Below, piece by piece: positions 1 through 34,558 of a stretch of 64,000 nucleotides of DNA. The stretch lies in NCBI GenBank assembly GCA_964016885.1, contig OZ024754.1, forward strand, positions 42,718,001-42,782,000, given 5' to 3'. Below the pieces are notes generated by a model that had not been told where the DNA came from, did no database searches, and saw only the letters and a program-made list of their open reading frames with translations. Source of the stretch: Eledone cirrhosa (Eukaryota). Positions within the stretch are counted from its first letter, which is position 1. Each line of letters begins with the position of its first letter. Both the position numbers and the translations under genes were made by a program.

Positions 1-189
1 TATATATATATATATATATATATATACATACATACATACAAATGGTGTTCATATAACAACTTTCCACCTCCCCACAAAGCTTTTTTTATTTTCATTGAAG
101 TCTTGTAAGGAATTTTGAGTTGGATGGGTTTGGTAGCAGCAGAGAGCTGACAAGGCAGTGTTCAATAGTCTGTGTTTCTCCGTATTAGC

Positions 190-625
190 AGGTGGCTGAG
201 TCAGTCTTGTAGCTCCAACTGACCAAAGCAGCTTTGATCACTCTGTTCTTGATCTGAGGTGGCTGAGTCAGTCTTGTAGCTCCAACTGACCAAAGCAGCT
301 TTGATCATTCTGTTCTTGATCTGAGGTGGCTGAGTCAGTCTTGTAGCTCCAACTGACCAAAGCAGCTTTGATCACTCTGTTCTTGATCTGAGGTGGCTGA
401 GTCAGTCTTGTAGCTCCAACTGACCAAAGCAGCTTTGATCACTCTGTTCTTGATCTGAGGTGGCTGAGTCAGTCCTGTAGCTCTAGCTGACCAAAGCAGC
501 TTTTGATCTCAGGTGGCTGAGTCAGTCCTGTAGCTCCAGCTGACCAAAGCAGCTTTTGATTGCTCTGTTCTTGACCTCTGGTTGTAGAACCAGTCCAGTA
601 GCTCTATTTGACCACAGCAGTTTTG
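190..625. repeat. 67-bp minisatellite, ~6 copies
   Basis: aggtggctgagtcagtcttgtagctcc... starts at 190, 257, 324, 391, 458 and 511. Confidence 0.92.
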
Positions 626-1215
626 GTTAATTTGTTTTTGTTTTTGATGGCTATCTATCTATTTATCTATCTATCTTCCAACTGAGTCCACAGTTTTTCT
701 GAGCCAGAAGGTAAATTCTAAAGAAGCAGAAAAACGCACTTACTTCTAAGATGGACAGAGAGTGAAATGGTTATCAGGTTTGCCTGGACAGCAAGAGGTT
801 TCTGGTTCAATTCCTTCCAGGGAGGCATTTTTTTCTTTCTTTTAGATTTATTGTTCACATATGTATACTAATTTATAAAGACACACACACACATACATAT
901 GTATGTATAAACACACACACACACACATATATGTATCTATGTGTATGTGTGTATGTATCTATGTGTGTGTGTATCAAATGCATGTTTTTTTTTAATGTGA
1001 CTGTAATTTCAAAATAAAAAAAAAAGGCCAAACCAAAACACTAAAACGTGTTTTTCTAGGTAAACAAATTTTTGATAAAATAAATTTCAGTCAATGAAGG
1101 TTGGGTGGGGTGGATAAAACTACTGAGTTACTAGAAGTGTCAGAACTGTTATTATTAATGTTATTATTTATATTATTATTATCTTTTCTTCTTTTAACAA
1201 TACAATTCTTACAAA

Positions 1216-22444
<21,229 letters not shown>

Positions 22445-22598
22445 CGCCACAATAACATGATAAAAAAAATATATTCCTGGCTGTTTAAAATGTTGCTTTA
22501 GTCTCTCAGCTGACAGAGCAATATTAAGTAATGTCAACTGGAAGGAGGGTACGCGGTATTAGTAAGTGGCATTCTCTGGGAGGTGTGCACTATATCAA

Positions 22599-22667
22599 CC
22601 AATCAGATTGCTAGATTGAATCACCTAGCCAATCATCTTTCAATATACGTGGATTATTTTGACGTCA
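22599..22667. promoter_or_regulatory. Putative HDHD5 proximal promoter: two CCAAT boxes (22599, 22629) and a CRE palindrome TGACGTCA (22660-22667)
   Basis: Motifs read directly, 150-220 bp upstream of the putative ATG; CCAAT boxes are 30 bp apart. Confidence 0.5.
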
Positions 22668-23306
22668 TAGTTTGGCCATCAACAAATTACACCCCGCACA
22701 TTTGACTTTCATCCTAAAACTATAGGAGGATGTTTAAAATATAACATATATCTAATGTCTTTTTTAATTATATTTCAAAACTAACTTCAGTTAATGATAG
22801 ATTTACTAACTTTGTCAATTATAGATCTCTATAGTGTTTGAAAAACTATATTTATTGCGTAAAATATACACAGCTATATATATATATACATAGCTATAAT
22901 TATATACAGCTATATATATATATATATACATATATAAATAAATGGGTATTTATGTTAGAACGATATACCTCCATTGACACGGTCGTTAGTAAAATATAAA
23001 TGAAAAATTCCGACAGGTAGTGTTGTGTCTTTATAACAGGCAACAAATCGAATGCCATTAATATTGCTGAAAAGTGCGTCGGTTAATGGAAGGTTAGGCG
23101 CATAAAACTTGTGTCTCTGCTTTATATAGGAATGTCTTGGGAATGTCAGAGTATTGTACGTTTGGAATTATATAGGTATATATTTAATTTCTCTTTGTTC
23201 GTTATTATGTGTTTACATAACACACGCACAGTCACACATACATGCACACATACACGCACGTACTTACGTACTTATGTATGTGTGTGTATGCATGTATATA
23301 TATATA

Positions 23307-23388
23307 TAGGGTGTCTGCCCCGCAAAATGTATTCACACTTTGATAGAATGCTGTTGAAGCGTGTATACATTTTTGGGGACCCCCTGTA
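23307..23388. mobile_element. ~80-bp Tc1/mariner-type MITE
   Basis: TA-GGGTGTC..CAAAATGTAT.CAC pairs with GTGTATACATTTTTGGGGACCCCCTG-TA. Confidence 0.65.
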
Positions 23389-23934
23389 TATATACACACA
23401 TATATATATTACCAAAATTATATTAAAGATGCCATGTATGTGTATACATATATATGAAATACTTGTGCGTCCCAATGCAAATTTCCATGAAATAGTCGAT
23501 CTCTATAAATAATAGTTGGGAAAGGTAAGGTAACTCCTGGAAACGGGGAAAATGTGGACAGACAACCTGTGAGGAATCGAAGCCCCTCTCTTATTCTCTC
23601 TCTTTCTTTCTTTGATGCCGAACAAGTGCGTTAACTACTACCCTAAAGAGCCGGTGACCGCCAATCCGTTTTTTTTCCCAAAGATTTTAAGCCTTTAGCT
23701 AGAAGTGTAAACAAAGCGGATGAGTTAGAAAGCATTGTCCACATTTTCTGTCTCCAGGGGTACTTTACCCGATTTTCTCAACTATTATTTATAGAGATCG
23801 ACTAACTAGTAATTTAGTCGCTTGCGTTGGGCTGCACACGTTTCAAAATTTTCCAAATGCTTCTTAAGTCAACGACTTTGTTTACACTTCAAGCTACAGG
23901 CTTAAAATCGTTTAAAAACGGAATTGGCGACCTT

Positions 23935-24015
23935 CGGCTCTTTAGCATTGTGGTTAACGCACTTGCTCGACACCCGAAAGGCGCGTGGTTCGATGTTCGA
24001 TTCCTCTCAGGTACC
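23935..24015 (+). pseudogene. Degenerate tRNA-like sequence (tRNA-Val-like head)
   Basis: A-box TAGCATTGTGG, ACACCCGAAAGG, B-box GGTTCGAT; acceptor stem not intact; inverted counterpart at ~23565-23652. Confidence 0.5.
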
Positions 24016-24944
24016 CCAGTCCATATTTTGTCATTGTCATGGGTTGGATGAGTTGTCATGCTCTGACACCTGAACAGATGAGGTGACTACATCTTCCTCA
24101 AACCTTCCAGTGTCTCAGTGTTTCTGCAGTGCTATGCCCTTCATAACGCTAACCACTTTAATGTACACTTGGTGCGTTTTGCATTGCTCCAGCACTACCA
24201 CTTTACAGAGTGGGCTATGTGCAGTATATCATGGCACCAGCCAGACTCGTTGCAGCGTGCGCCGGGTGCATTCCCGTGCGACATTAATACTAGTGCAGTC
24301 GTTGTGGGATAGAGAGGGGCTGAGATGTGACGGGGGAGGGGTGGGGTGAGGGCATGGAAAGAATGGCACTGTAGGAACAGGGGCAGCCACTACACCTTGT
24401 TTGTGAGGGAGCCATAACTCGGGGAGTGAAGGAGAGAGAGAGAGTATATGAGGCAGTGGGGTCGGCTCTGTGAAGGCTATCACACAGGGAGTACAGAAAA
24501 GAGAGTGAGAGCAAGTGCCGGGTCGTAGGAGTGACCTGTGAGAGCTATCACTCTCGGGATGAAGGAGAGAGAGAGAGAACGTGAGTGGGTGGGTGCCGAG
24601 CTGTGAAGGCGCCTCTTAAGAGACAGGGTGACTAGCAATTCGGTGGGAGGATGTAGGTCCTTAAAGTTGGTGGGTATAGCGGGACCTAGAATAGTCATCT
24701 TTGTGTGGGAAGCACAGTATTTAGGCAGGGAGGGAGTGAGTGATGAGACAAGACCAAGTTGTGGGGCGGTGCCAGTGTTACGATAAAACATTTCCAGTCC
24801 ACCCTGTAAAAAGGTATGCTGGTATCACGATAAAATACACCCAGTCCACCCTGCAATATGGTAGTACTGATTCCACTATAAAACACAACTAGCCAACCCT
24901 GTAAAGTGGTAGTACTGGTGCCACGATAAAACACACCCAGTTCA

Positions 24945-25255
24945 CTCTGGCCTAATGGTTAGGATGCTTGACATAGGATCGTAATGTCATTGGTTCGATT
25001 CTTGGACAGGCTGCTGCGTTGTGTTCTTGAGCAAAACACTATATTTCACGCTGTTCAAAGACACTCAGCTGAGAATGGGTACCAGCCATAGCTGGGGAGT
25101 TAAACCTGCAATAGACCGGCGTCCTATCCCGGGAGAGTCGTGTACTCATCTTATTCAAGGAATGTTTTGTACTCTCAGTCGCTTAACGCGAAGGAAACCG
25201 GGGATAAACTCGGGCCTGGTGAGATTTCGGCTTAGAATAGACTTTAACTAACTAA
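24945..25255 (+). mobile_element. tRNA-derived SINE family B (other copies at 32410-32645 and 44130-44360, minus)
   Basis: TGGCCTAATGGTTAGG, GGTTCGATT, GTGTTCTTGAGCAAAACACT core. Confidence 0.78.
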
Positions 25256-25873
25256 TGTCTAAAATGATAGTACCAGTGCCACGATAAAATATACCCACTC
25301 CATCATCTAAAGTGGTAGTGTTATGATTAAATACACCCACTACACCATGTAAAGTGATTGGTGTTAGGAAGGGCATCCAGCCATGGAAATTATGCTAAAT
25401 ATTGAATGTATGAGCAAGACACGGTCATCTTATCAGTCTAGCCTCAGAACTTGACAGAACACGTCGGACCCATGCAAGAGTGGAAAGCGGACGTAAAAAA
25501 GATGATGATGATATTAATGTTGCTTAGTTTCTATTATTGTCTTGTAGATATCTCCTCTTGATAAATAAAAGAACAAAACAGCTATTTAAAACTATAAATA
25601 GATTTTGTTTTATTTTTCACTGTTCGGTTTTTGTCGGGGTCTTATCCTAGGGTTATAATCCCGAAAAATGTTTTTTTTTTCTTTCGTCGAATAAATTCGC
25701 TTTTTTCAAAATCGTCTTAAAATATTTTCGGTTATAAAAATATTAATGTTAATCCAATTTAATTACTTTTTTTTATTATTTAGTTTAATTTAATTTAATT
25801 TTTCAGAAAACGAAGTGAAAGTGAAATCCGTTGTTTGTCCTGAGTTCAATCTCGTTAATTTCTGAATTGGAAA

Positions 25874-26189
25874 ATGGCGGAAAGTGGAGAACCTGTGACA
25901 AAGAAACAAAAACAAGAAGACTTTGGGAAAGTTACGAAAGATCTCAAAAATTTTCAAGCTGTCAAAGTTTTAAACGAAGATTCTGACAAAAAGTTTCTGG
26001 TTGTAGAAGGTAGAATACGAGGTAGTTGTGATGATGAGGACAACGAAAATAAAGCTGTGTTGTTGCTTGAACGAAAACCGATAACATTTGAACAGACGAA
26101 ACAATTAGTTATTTCTGATAATGTCGATGTTGTTTTACACAACGACTGTTACAATACTTTATTGTTGGCGCCTTCCAAACCAATCTATG
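25874..26189 (+). CDS. DCPS: DCPS exon 1
   Basis: MAESGEPVTKKQK...PSKPIY-G|gtaaaa. Confidence 0.88.
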
Positions 26190-29100
26190 GTAAAATATAT
26201 AAGTTATATATTTTTTCTAAATATTATATAACCAGTTTTAATAATTTTTTTAAAGATAGAAATTATATTTATCGAAACACTTTGTATATATATATTTATA
26301 TAATGAATATATTTTAATGTGTCCAACTTTTCTCGTCTATTTTATTTCCTTTAATTAATATCTATTAATTTGTTTCTTTTGTAAAATATATTCATTATAT
26401 AAATAATTGTTTCTACTTTAGGCACAAGGCCAGCAATAACTCAGTGCATTACTGGTACTCATTATATAAATACTGGTATTCATTATATAAATAATGTTTA
26501 TCTATACTATGATAGATGTACCAATAAATAAATATATATATATAGTTTTTTTTCTATATACATTTGCTGTCGTTTTAATTACTCGTAGTCGACTAGTACC
26601 TATAAATACACCAATACTTTTACCAATACAATTATTACGTATAATTATCAAATATTACTTATAGTTATCAACTAAGCTGTTTTTATTGTTATCTAAATTA
26701 TCAACAATATATATTCAAGTATCTAATTCTAATTTCATTTCTCCCGCTCAGTCAACAACCATTAGTTCATTGGTAGTTACTAAGTCTGAATATATTCGAC
26801 TTTGTTATCTCATTAATTTTTTAATAATTTATATTTTTTAATTAAAATTTGCAGAGATATGTTTTCCATTATGTGGATTACGATTATGTTGTTAACATTT
26901 TTAAAAGTAGTTAATTTATTTTTATAGTTGTATTATTAGATCTGTAGAATGTCGGACAAAATGCTTTGCAGCATAGTTACGTCCCTTTACGTTCTGAGTT
27001 CAAATCTCGCCAAGGTTAGCTTTGCCTTTCATCCTTACTAATCGATAAGATAGAGTACCAGTAATGCACTGGGGTCGATATAGTCGAACCCCCCCCCCCC
27101 CCCCCAATGTTGGCCTTGTGCCTAAATCAGAAATATAGTTTCGTGTTTGTAGTAAGTTTAACGTAAAACCGGGACTTCGTTCATCATATCTTCCAACATA
27201 AAGCCGTCTCGGTGGCCTAGTGGTAGATATTAGAGACGGTGGAAATCCTGGTCAGGAGCTAAAAAAAAAAAATATTCATTATTTAAAAAATTATGAGGAA
27301 ACAAAATCGTTGTAGTGGCAACTAAACTATGGTTATGTCTGGGTTTTAAATTCATATTTCTATTTGGTCTTATGTTGTTAGGAAAAGTCCCGGGTTCAAT
27401 CTGGGGTAACCACAGTTAGTAAAGTACTCAATACATTAGTAAAATGTAAACATGATATAGAAACAGTTCTAATCCTGTAGAAGTCATTTCTGTAATAAAA
27501 TAAATACACAAATACTCTAATATATTGAGTACTTTTTTTTAACTGGTCGCTTCCCGATTTACATCGGAATCCTACCCCCTCCCCCTTTTAAAATCACCCT
27601 TTCTCTCTTAAAATCTATTATGGCCTTAATTTTGATGTCTTGTTAGCCATATCGATTTCTTAACGAATATTTTAGAGGCTTAATAAATAAATGTATTAAA
27701 ATCGATTTATGTAGTAATGTCTTTTACTAAAAAACGTTGCTTGATTTTCAGTTGCCTTACATTACATTGTTAATACTGTTTAAAAAAAGTTATGAACCTT
27801 ACTCAATCTCATAATCATTTATACTATAAATATGAGGTATTGTTGCTATATATTTATTTAAATCTAGCTTTTAATTACACAGCATTCTGTGATGTCATTT
27901 CTCTAGAATCTTGTAAATGATTAATTCAATTTTAGTCATTAGAGTTATCTCCCTTGGTTTGACTAGCTAAAAAGGTGAAAACTATAGAAATTGAATGTAA
28001 AATACATTAAAATACGAAACACACAAATAGAGGATTAGGGGAGTGGGAAACTGGGTTGTAGCATGGAGTCCCGAATTAATTATTATTATAGGTGGATTGG
28101 CAGTATCGGTAGAGCGTCAGACGCCATGCTTTGCAGCATAGAGTTATGGCCTTTTGCGTTCTGAGTTCAAATCCCGCCGAGGTTAACTTTGCCTTTCATC
28201 CTTATGGGGTCGATAAAATAAAGCACCAGTAATACACTGGCCTTCTGCCAAAAGTAGAAATATTTATTAGAAATAGAAGCTTTCGCCGACATTTTGACTA
28301 AAAAATTTTTTTTAGCCTGATAGTGAGATTTAGAAAACTCTAAAAATGGAAAAAGATAAGATAATATCAAATCTACGAGATTTTAATGATGTTATATATT
28401 TTGAAAACAATACCTTAACATCGGTGTGAGCAGCAGGTTATGGCCAGTTTGGATAGAAAGAGGTGAGAGAATTCTGGTTAGATATAGCCGGTTTAAAAGC
28501 TAAATGGTTAAAGATTTTAGATATTGCTTTGGAAGCTTCTTGTTGGTTTGTTTATAACACAGCTTTCATGGCTGATTTCTTTGCAGATGTAAAAGCAACA
28601 TTTATCAACCCAGCCACTGACTTACACATCACCAAATATACTAAACAAGAGCATTATGTTTTAGAAGAAACACCAGAAATATATCAGAAAATTACTTTGC
28701 CAACTTTGGAAAAGGATCTCCTTGGCGTTAAAGTAGGTTTTGTTTCTTCTTGAAATCTATTTGAAATGTTTTTAACATTTAATATTTAGCAATTCTTTCC
28801 ACGTATCATCATCATCATTATTTAACAACTGTCTTTCCTGTTGGCAAGTGGGGTTTTATATATATATATTTCCTTAGCATGGAAGATAGACGTTAAACAA
28901 TGATGATGAAGATGTGCCTACCTGATCTCTCCATTTCCTGATGAAGGACATCTGTCCGAAGCGCTGAACTCATCTACATCCTCCTAAGCGTGATCCAAAT
29001 AAGATTGTGTTTTTGCACCTTTGTGTGTTATTTCTTTAACTATATGATGATGATGATATATATATATATATACACACACACATGTTAATGTCTTGTTTGT

Positions 29101-30393
29101 TCTCTTATTAGTGGGTCTATAACATCTTGGATAAGAAATCTGAACAGGAACGCATTGTGCATGAAGATCCAGATCCAGAAACGGGATTTATGTTAATGCC
29201 CGATATGAAATGGGATGGCACTAACGTTGACTTGCTCTACTTAGTGGTCATTGTCCATAAACGAAACATCAAATCTATTCGTGATGTCAACCAATCACAC
29301 TTACCATTACTCAACTCTATTCTCACTCAGTGTCCTGTAAGTTACCTTCCTTTCTCTTGTTTATATCAGATTAACAAGAACTTGTATAGGTAAGGTAAAA
29401 GGCTCATAGCTCCTAGATGTGTCATGAGGGTACACAATAGTGATGTATTTTAAACCTACCTAAACCCTTTTTCAATGTAATTCCTTCTTTTTTTAAGTGT
29501 TTATGTAGAAACTGTCTAATTTCATATAAGAATCGTCGTTCTTACAAAATCCTTCCAAATTCTTCACTTTGTTCAAAATTATTATAAGAAAACAGTTTAA
29601 TATAAAATACAGTTTTAAGTTTATTCTGTGAAAGATATTTTGTCTACATTTAGGTGTTGATAATTATTAGGAAGGGTATCCAGCTATCGAAACGAACCTC
29701 AAGTCACCACATGACAACTTCTCTAGTGTTGGTGACATGATAAAATACATGTACACCCTGTTGAATATGAGAACATATGAGATGTCAGTAGCTCTGATTA
29801 AATTTCTGGCTTGTTTTGTGAAGACCTATCCAATCCCTTTCTTGAATGATGAAATAAATTTGAAATATTAAAATATTACTAAAGCACCAAACAATACTTA
29901 TATTTTGAGCTCAGCTCATGCTGGAGTAGATAAAACAAATATAAGCCATATACTAGAATGAATACCATTTAGTATACATTCTTCTACAAACTAATAGACT
30001 TGTAACTCTATAAAAACAAAACAACTCATCATTATTTTTTTTTCTTTCTAGGCAATCATTGAAAAGAAATATAATGTGTCACCACATAAACTACGTATTT
30101 ACTGTCACTACAGGCCATCCTATCCTCATTTCCATGTCCATATAAACAACATTAAACTGGATTGTCCTGGTAAAGATGTTCATGCTGCTCATCTTCTTAG
30201 TGATATCATTCACAACATTCAACTAAAAAGTTCTTACTACATGGACAAAACAATGACATGTCAGGTAAAAGAGAAAACATTGTTGTATGAGAAACTGAAA
30301 AGTTCCGGTTATATAAAAGAACCAAAGAAAGATTTAACAGAAGAAAGTAACTCGTGTAAAACAAAAAATTTGGACGAAGAAGCTAAAAAATGA
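25874..30393 (+). CDS. DCPS: m7GpppX diphosphatase (scavenger decapping enzyme), 4 coding exons, ~342 aa
   Basis: Exons 25874-26189, 28587-28732, 29112-29336 and 30052-30393 join in frame (1029 nt) with GT-AG introns. Motifs include K.TFINPAT..HI.KY, ETPEIY, WVYNIL, PDMKWDG, IKSIRD and the HIT motif HYRPSYPHFHVH. Confidence 0.95.
28091..28265 (+). mobile_element. SINE family A
   Basis: Full head, core and tail. Confidence 0.87.
28587..28732 (+). CDS. DCPS: DCPS exon 2
   Basis: ttgcag|(D)VKATFINPATDLHITKY...LLGVK|gtaggt. Confidence 0.92.
29112..29336 (+). CDS. DCPS: DCPS exon 3
   Basis: tattag|WVYNILDKKSEQERIV...PDMKWDG...TQCP|gtaagt. Confidence 0.93.
30052..30393 (+). CDS. DCPS: DCPS exon 4 with HIT motif
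   Basis: ttctag|AIIEKKYNVSPHKLRIYCHYRPSYPHFHVH...EEAKK*. Confidence 0.93.
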   Translation, partial: AIIEKKYNVSPHKLRIYCHYRPSYPHFHVHINNIKLDCPGKDVHAAHLLSDIIHNIQLKSSYYMDKTMTCQVKEKTLLYEKLKSSGYIKEPKKDLTEESNSCKTKNLDEEAKK

Positions 30394-33300
30394 GATTTGA
30401 AAACAAAAACTTTTTATTTTTATGTTTATTGTAATCTCTTTAACTTTTTTTGATACCAAACTACCTGAAGCCACCTTGGGTGTTTATATTTTTCTAAAAA
30501 CTTTCTCATAATTTTGTAAGTTATGTCCCAAACACCAGCTTAATAAGAAACTTATTTCATAGGCAGCATTTTTTTTTAGAAATATGGTAATGGAAAGGTT
30601 AAACATTCTCAGAAGTTCTGTTAATTAGCAGTGCATTCAGATATAAAATTGTTTGAACAGTTATAATTTTAAAATAGATATAAATTCATATAAAATAAAT
30701 GCTACAAGCATACCATTTTTATAAATAGTGCAGAAAATATAGACTTAGAAACTGTGTAGAAGTGTATTCATATAATTTGAATATATATATATATATATTC
30801 AAATTCCATTTGTGTAATCAATTAAATTGATTGTTCAACAAAAATGAAAAACCCACTTACAGTAGTGTTACTCAACATATGAATTATTCCAGTTGGTAGT
30901 TATATAGGTTCCAAGTGTAACAATTTATTGAGTGTATATAGAAAATTACAAAAATATTAAAAACACCAATCCATATGAGTGGCAATAATTTTATGATGAA
31001 ACGTGTAAATGTTACACAATAAAACTTATTCCCACTCATCTAGGTTATGGTGTTTTTAATAATATTTTTGTAATTTTCTATATATATACTTGTCTTCAGC
31101 TGATGTTTATTATGGAACAAAATAGTAGAATCCTATTTTGTGAGAATTCTTCCAAGTTGACATTTAATTAAAGGAATTCTTTAAATTTGGTTTTTTGTTG
31201 TATTATTTTTCACTTGTTTTTGTTATCCATGCTGACATGGGTTGGATAGGACTTTTTGAGGTAATGTTTTACAGCCAGATACCCTTTTAGTTGCTCCTTA
31301 CAACACTGGGATATGGTGAACCTATTCTAGACCAAGATACACAGCCTATTTTGAAATATTGACTTTCAATAACTGTAATTGGTTTAATATAGAAAGTATA
31401 GTTTTGAAGATTTAAAAGGCTTAACATCTTGATTTTCTACAAAGAATAGAATTAATTTTAATTGGCAGTCATTAATGCAATAGATAAAATGCCTTGCAGT
31501 ATTTGTTCTGTCTCTTTGTCTTTCATCCTTTTGGGGGTTTAGAATAAACCAGTCGAAGCCTTTGGTATTTATCCAAGTTTAAGTTACATCCAACAAGTGT
31601 GTCAAATTGGCAGTCATTTGAACATCGGATAGAATGCTTTGCTGTGTGCTCCAGCTTTCTGGGTTCATATATTACAGAGGTCAACTTTGCTTTTCATCCT
31701 TTTGAGGTTGATAAAATAAAGTACCAGTCTAGGACTGGAGTCAATTCTTCCTCTATATCTCTCCTCTGGAAGAAATTGGTTGTATTTTGGAAAGGAAATG
31801 TTTTCTGTTGGGTTTAACGTGCTCGAAACATCTCTCCTATGACCCCAACAGGATTTACATGTCCATACAATACATATATAACGACCTCCCCTACAACTCT
31901 ACCCACCTGGATTTACAGGTCCATGCAAGACATATATGTAACATTGACAGTTCTACAACTCCATGCAATATATGCAACAAATACAACAGAACAATGAAGG
32001 CATCAACATTATATTTTCAAAGATAATTTCAATACAGTGGAATAGATTCAGCAGTTGAAATTGGTTTGGGATCTAAGACCCCCATAAAATAGATCAGATG
32101 TCCAATAATAATAATTACATTTAAAGTCTGTTTCTTGTGTTCACCAGGTTTTAGTATCTTTATAAATAGGCATTCAATCTCTGAAAGAAAAACAAAAGAT
32201 AGGAAAACAAAGAAAAAAAAAATAACCAACTCATATTATAAAGAAAATGAAGATGGGTTGAGTTATTGTGGGTTTAATTTCTGTTGGTACTTCTACCCTA
32301 ACCTTAGGTTGATCTATGGCTGCTGTGTGTGTATATATCATCATCATCGTTTAACGTCCATCTTCCACGCTAGCATGGGTTATGTATCTAAAGTCTGTCT
32401 TAAGCCAGAAGGCTCATTTTTGCTGGTGCTTATCCCGGTTTCATGGAGTGAAGCGACTGAGAGTACAAGACTCACCCCTGGACAGGACGCCAGTCCATTG
32501 CAGGGTTAAACCTCCAGCTATTGCTAGTACTTATTTTCAGCTGAGTATACTGGAGCAATGTGAAATGAAGGGTTTTGCTCAAGAACACAACACGCAACCC
32601 AGGAATCGAGCCCAACACCCTTACCACTAGGCCACGTGCCTCCACTGAGTTATATATATATGTGTGTGTGTGTGGTACTTCAGGTGTGTCTTCTACAATA
32701 GCCTCAGGTTGATCTATGGCTGTTGTATGTGTGGTACTTCAGGTGTGTCTTCTACAATAGCCTCAGGTTGATCTATGGCTGTTGTATGTGTGGTACTTCA
32801 GGTGTATTAAGATTTATGTATTTCTTCAGTCTTTAATAGCTATACAGCAGCAATACAAAAGAATGAAACCAATGATAGAATATAAAGCCCTATTTAAAAC
32901 TGATGAATTACTGAAAGATCTGTTGTCTACTGGTTGTGAAATTGCACCCAGTACACTCTGTAAAGTATAGCAGATTATGTAGTTTTTCTATAGTATGTGC
33001 AGTTCAGGACAAGGTAAGAAGAGTGAGGTATAGTGAGAAGCTAGAATATAATAAAATAGAATAAACGAGATAAAACTTGTTTAAAAGATGGTATACAGTT
33101 TCTGTTTTATTGTTCTGTAAAGTGGTAGTAATAGTGCTATGATAAAATACACCCACTGAAGTGGTAGTGTTAGTATCAATAAAATGTACCCACTGAAGTG
33201 GTACTAACACTACCACAATAAAATACACCAACTGAAGTGGTAGTGTTAGTATCACAATAGAATGTACTTACTAAAGTGGTAATATTAGTATCATAAACTG

Positions 33301-34142
33301 TACCAACTAAAGTGGTAGTGTTAGTACGATAAATACATTAAGTATACTTTTTCCTTTGCTGCGTCAAAGGAAAAAAAGTGTATATCTCAGGCTAGAAAAA
33401 TTGGAGAAGCAGTGCAAGGGAGATTGGTGAGTTTATATTAATAAAGAACTTGTTGGAACAGTGAATTTCATTAGAAATATAGCTAGAAAACGGCTCACAT
33501 ATTTTATGTTCGAAAACTTGCCTAGCTTTAAGTTTTCATTTTTAATTCTTCTGTTGCAATATTGATATCTTTGGACTAGATACAATTTTCAAGACAAGAG
33601 GAACTTAGCTCTGTTACAGTCAATCTTTGGTATAAACACAAGGGACTTTAGTTCTAAGACAGGATGGGCTTAGCTCTATATTAGAGTATCTTTGTTCTAA
33701 GCAAAAAGGGTTTTAGTTTTAATACAAGAGGGCTTCAGCTGTGTTACAGGGGACTTTGCTCTGTGTTATAGTGGATCTTTGGTTTAGCTCTGTGTTACTG
33801 GTGATCTTTGGTCTAAATACAGGGGGTTTAGCTCTGTTACAGGGGATCTTTGGTCTAAATACAGGAGGTTTAGCTCTGTGTTACAGGGGGTTTAGCTCTG
33901 TGTTACAATGTTCAGATGTTTTGATTAGACCATAGTTAATATTTGCAGAATCAAGTATAATTGAATTAACTTCAGTATTTTATAAAATTCTCTTGTTCCT
34001 GTCAAGTATAGATACATTTATTTTTTAAAGAGTCTACATCTGCCTCCTGATTTAGTTGATTGAATGAGAGAGAGAGAGAGAGCAGGTAGTGAGAAGCAGG
34101 GTTAAGTGCAAAGGATAGGTTTGTATAGAGATGAAAAGCAGT

Positions 34143-34558
34143 TTAACCCTTTTGTTACCAAACAGCTTGAAACTGGCTCTGTACACAAATCTGTTTATAT
34201 TTATGTAAAAAAAACTTTCATCATAATTTTATGTAAAACATCTTGTTAAGTTATGTTCTTCACACTAAATCATTAGATACCTCCAAAAACTAGATTTTCA
34301 AAATTATTTGAAAACTATATGCATTGTCTTTGATCTGAAATATGGTAATGATAAAGGTTAAAGACATAGGCAGTGTAAGAAATATGGTAATGGTAATGAA
34401 AAGGTTAATGACATAGGCAGTGTCTTTCATTAGAAGTATGGTAATGAAAGGTTTAAAGACATAGACAGTGTCTTTCATAAGAAATATGGTAATGAAAGGT
34501 TTAAAGACAAAGGCAGTGTCTTTCATAAGAAATATGGTAATGGTAATGAAAGGGTTAA
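34143..34558. mobile_element. Second TTAA/CCC-terminated MITE family with tandemly amplified right end
   Basis: TTAACCCTTTTGTTACC...GGTAATGAAAGGGTTAA; right ~48 bp repeated ~5 times. Confidence 0.65.

Noticed and set aside
190-625. CRISPR-like regular repeat
   Set aside because: No unique spacers and a eukaryotic context; it is a minisatellite, as are 11714, 20530 and 42547
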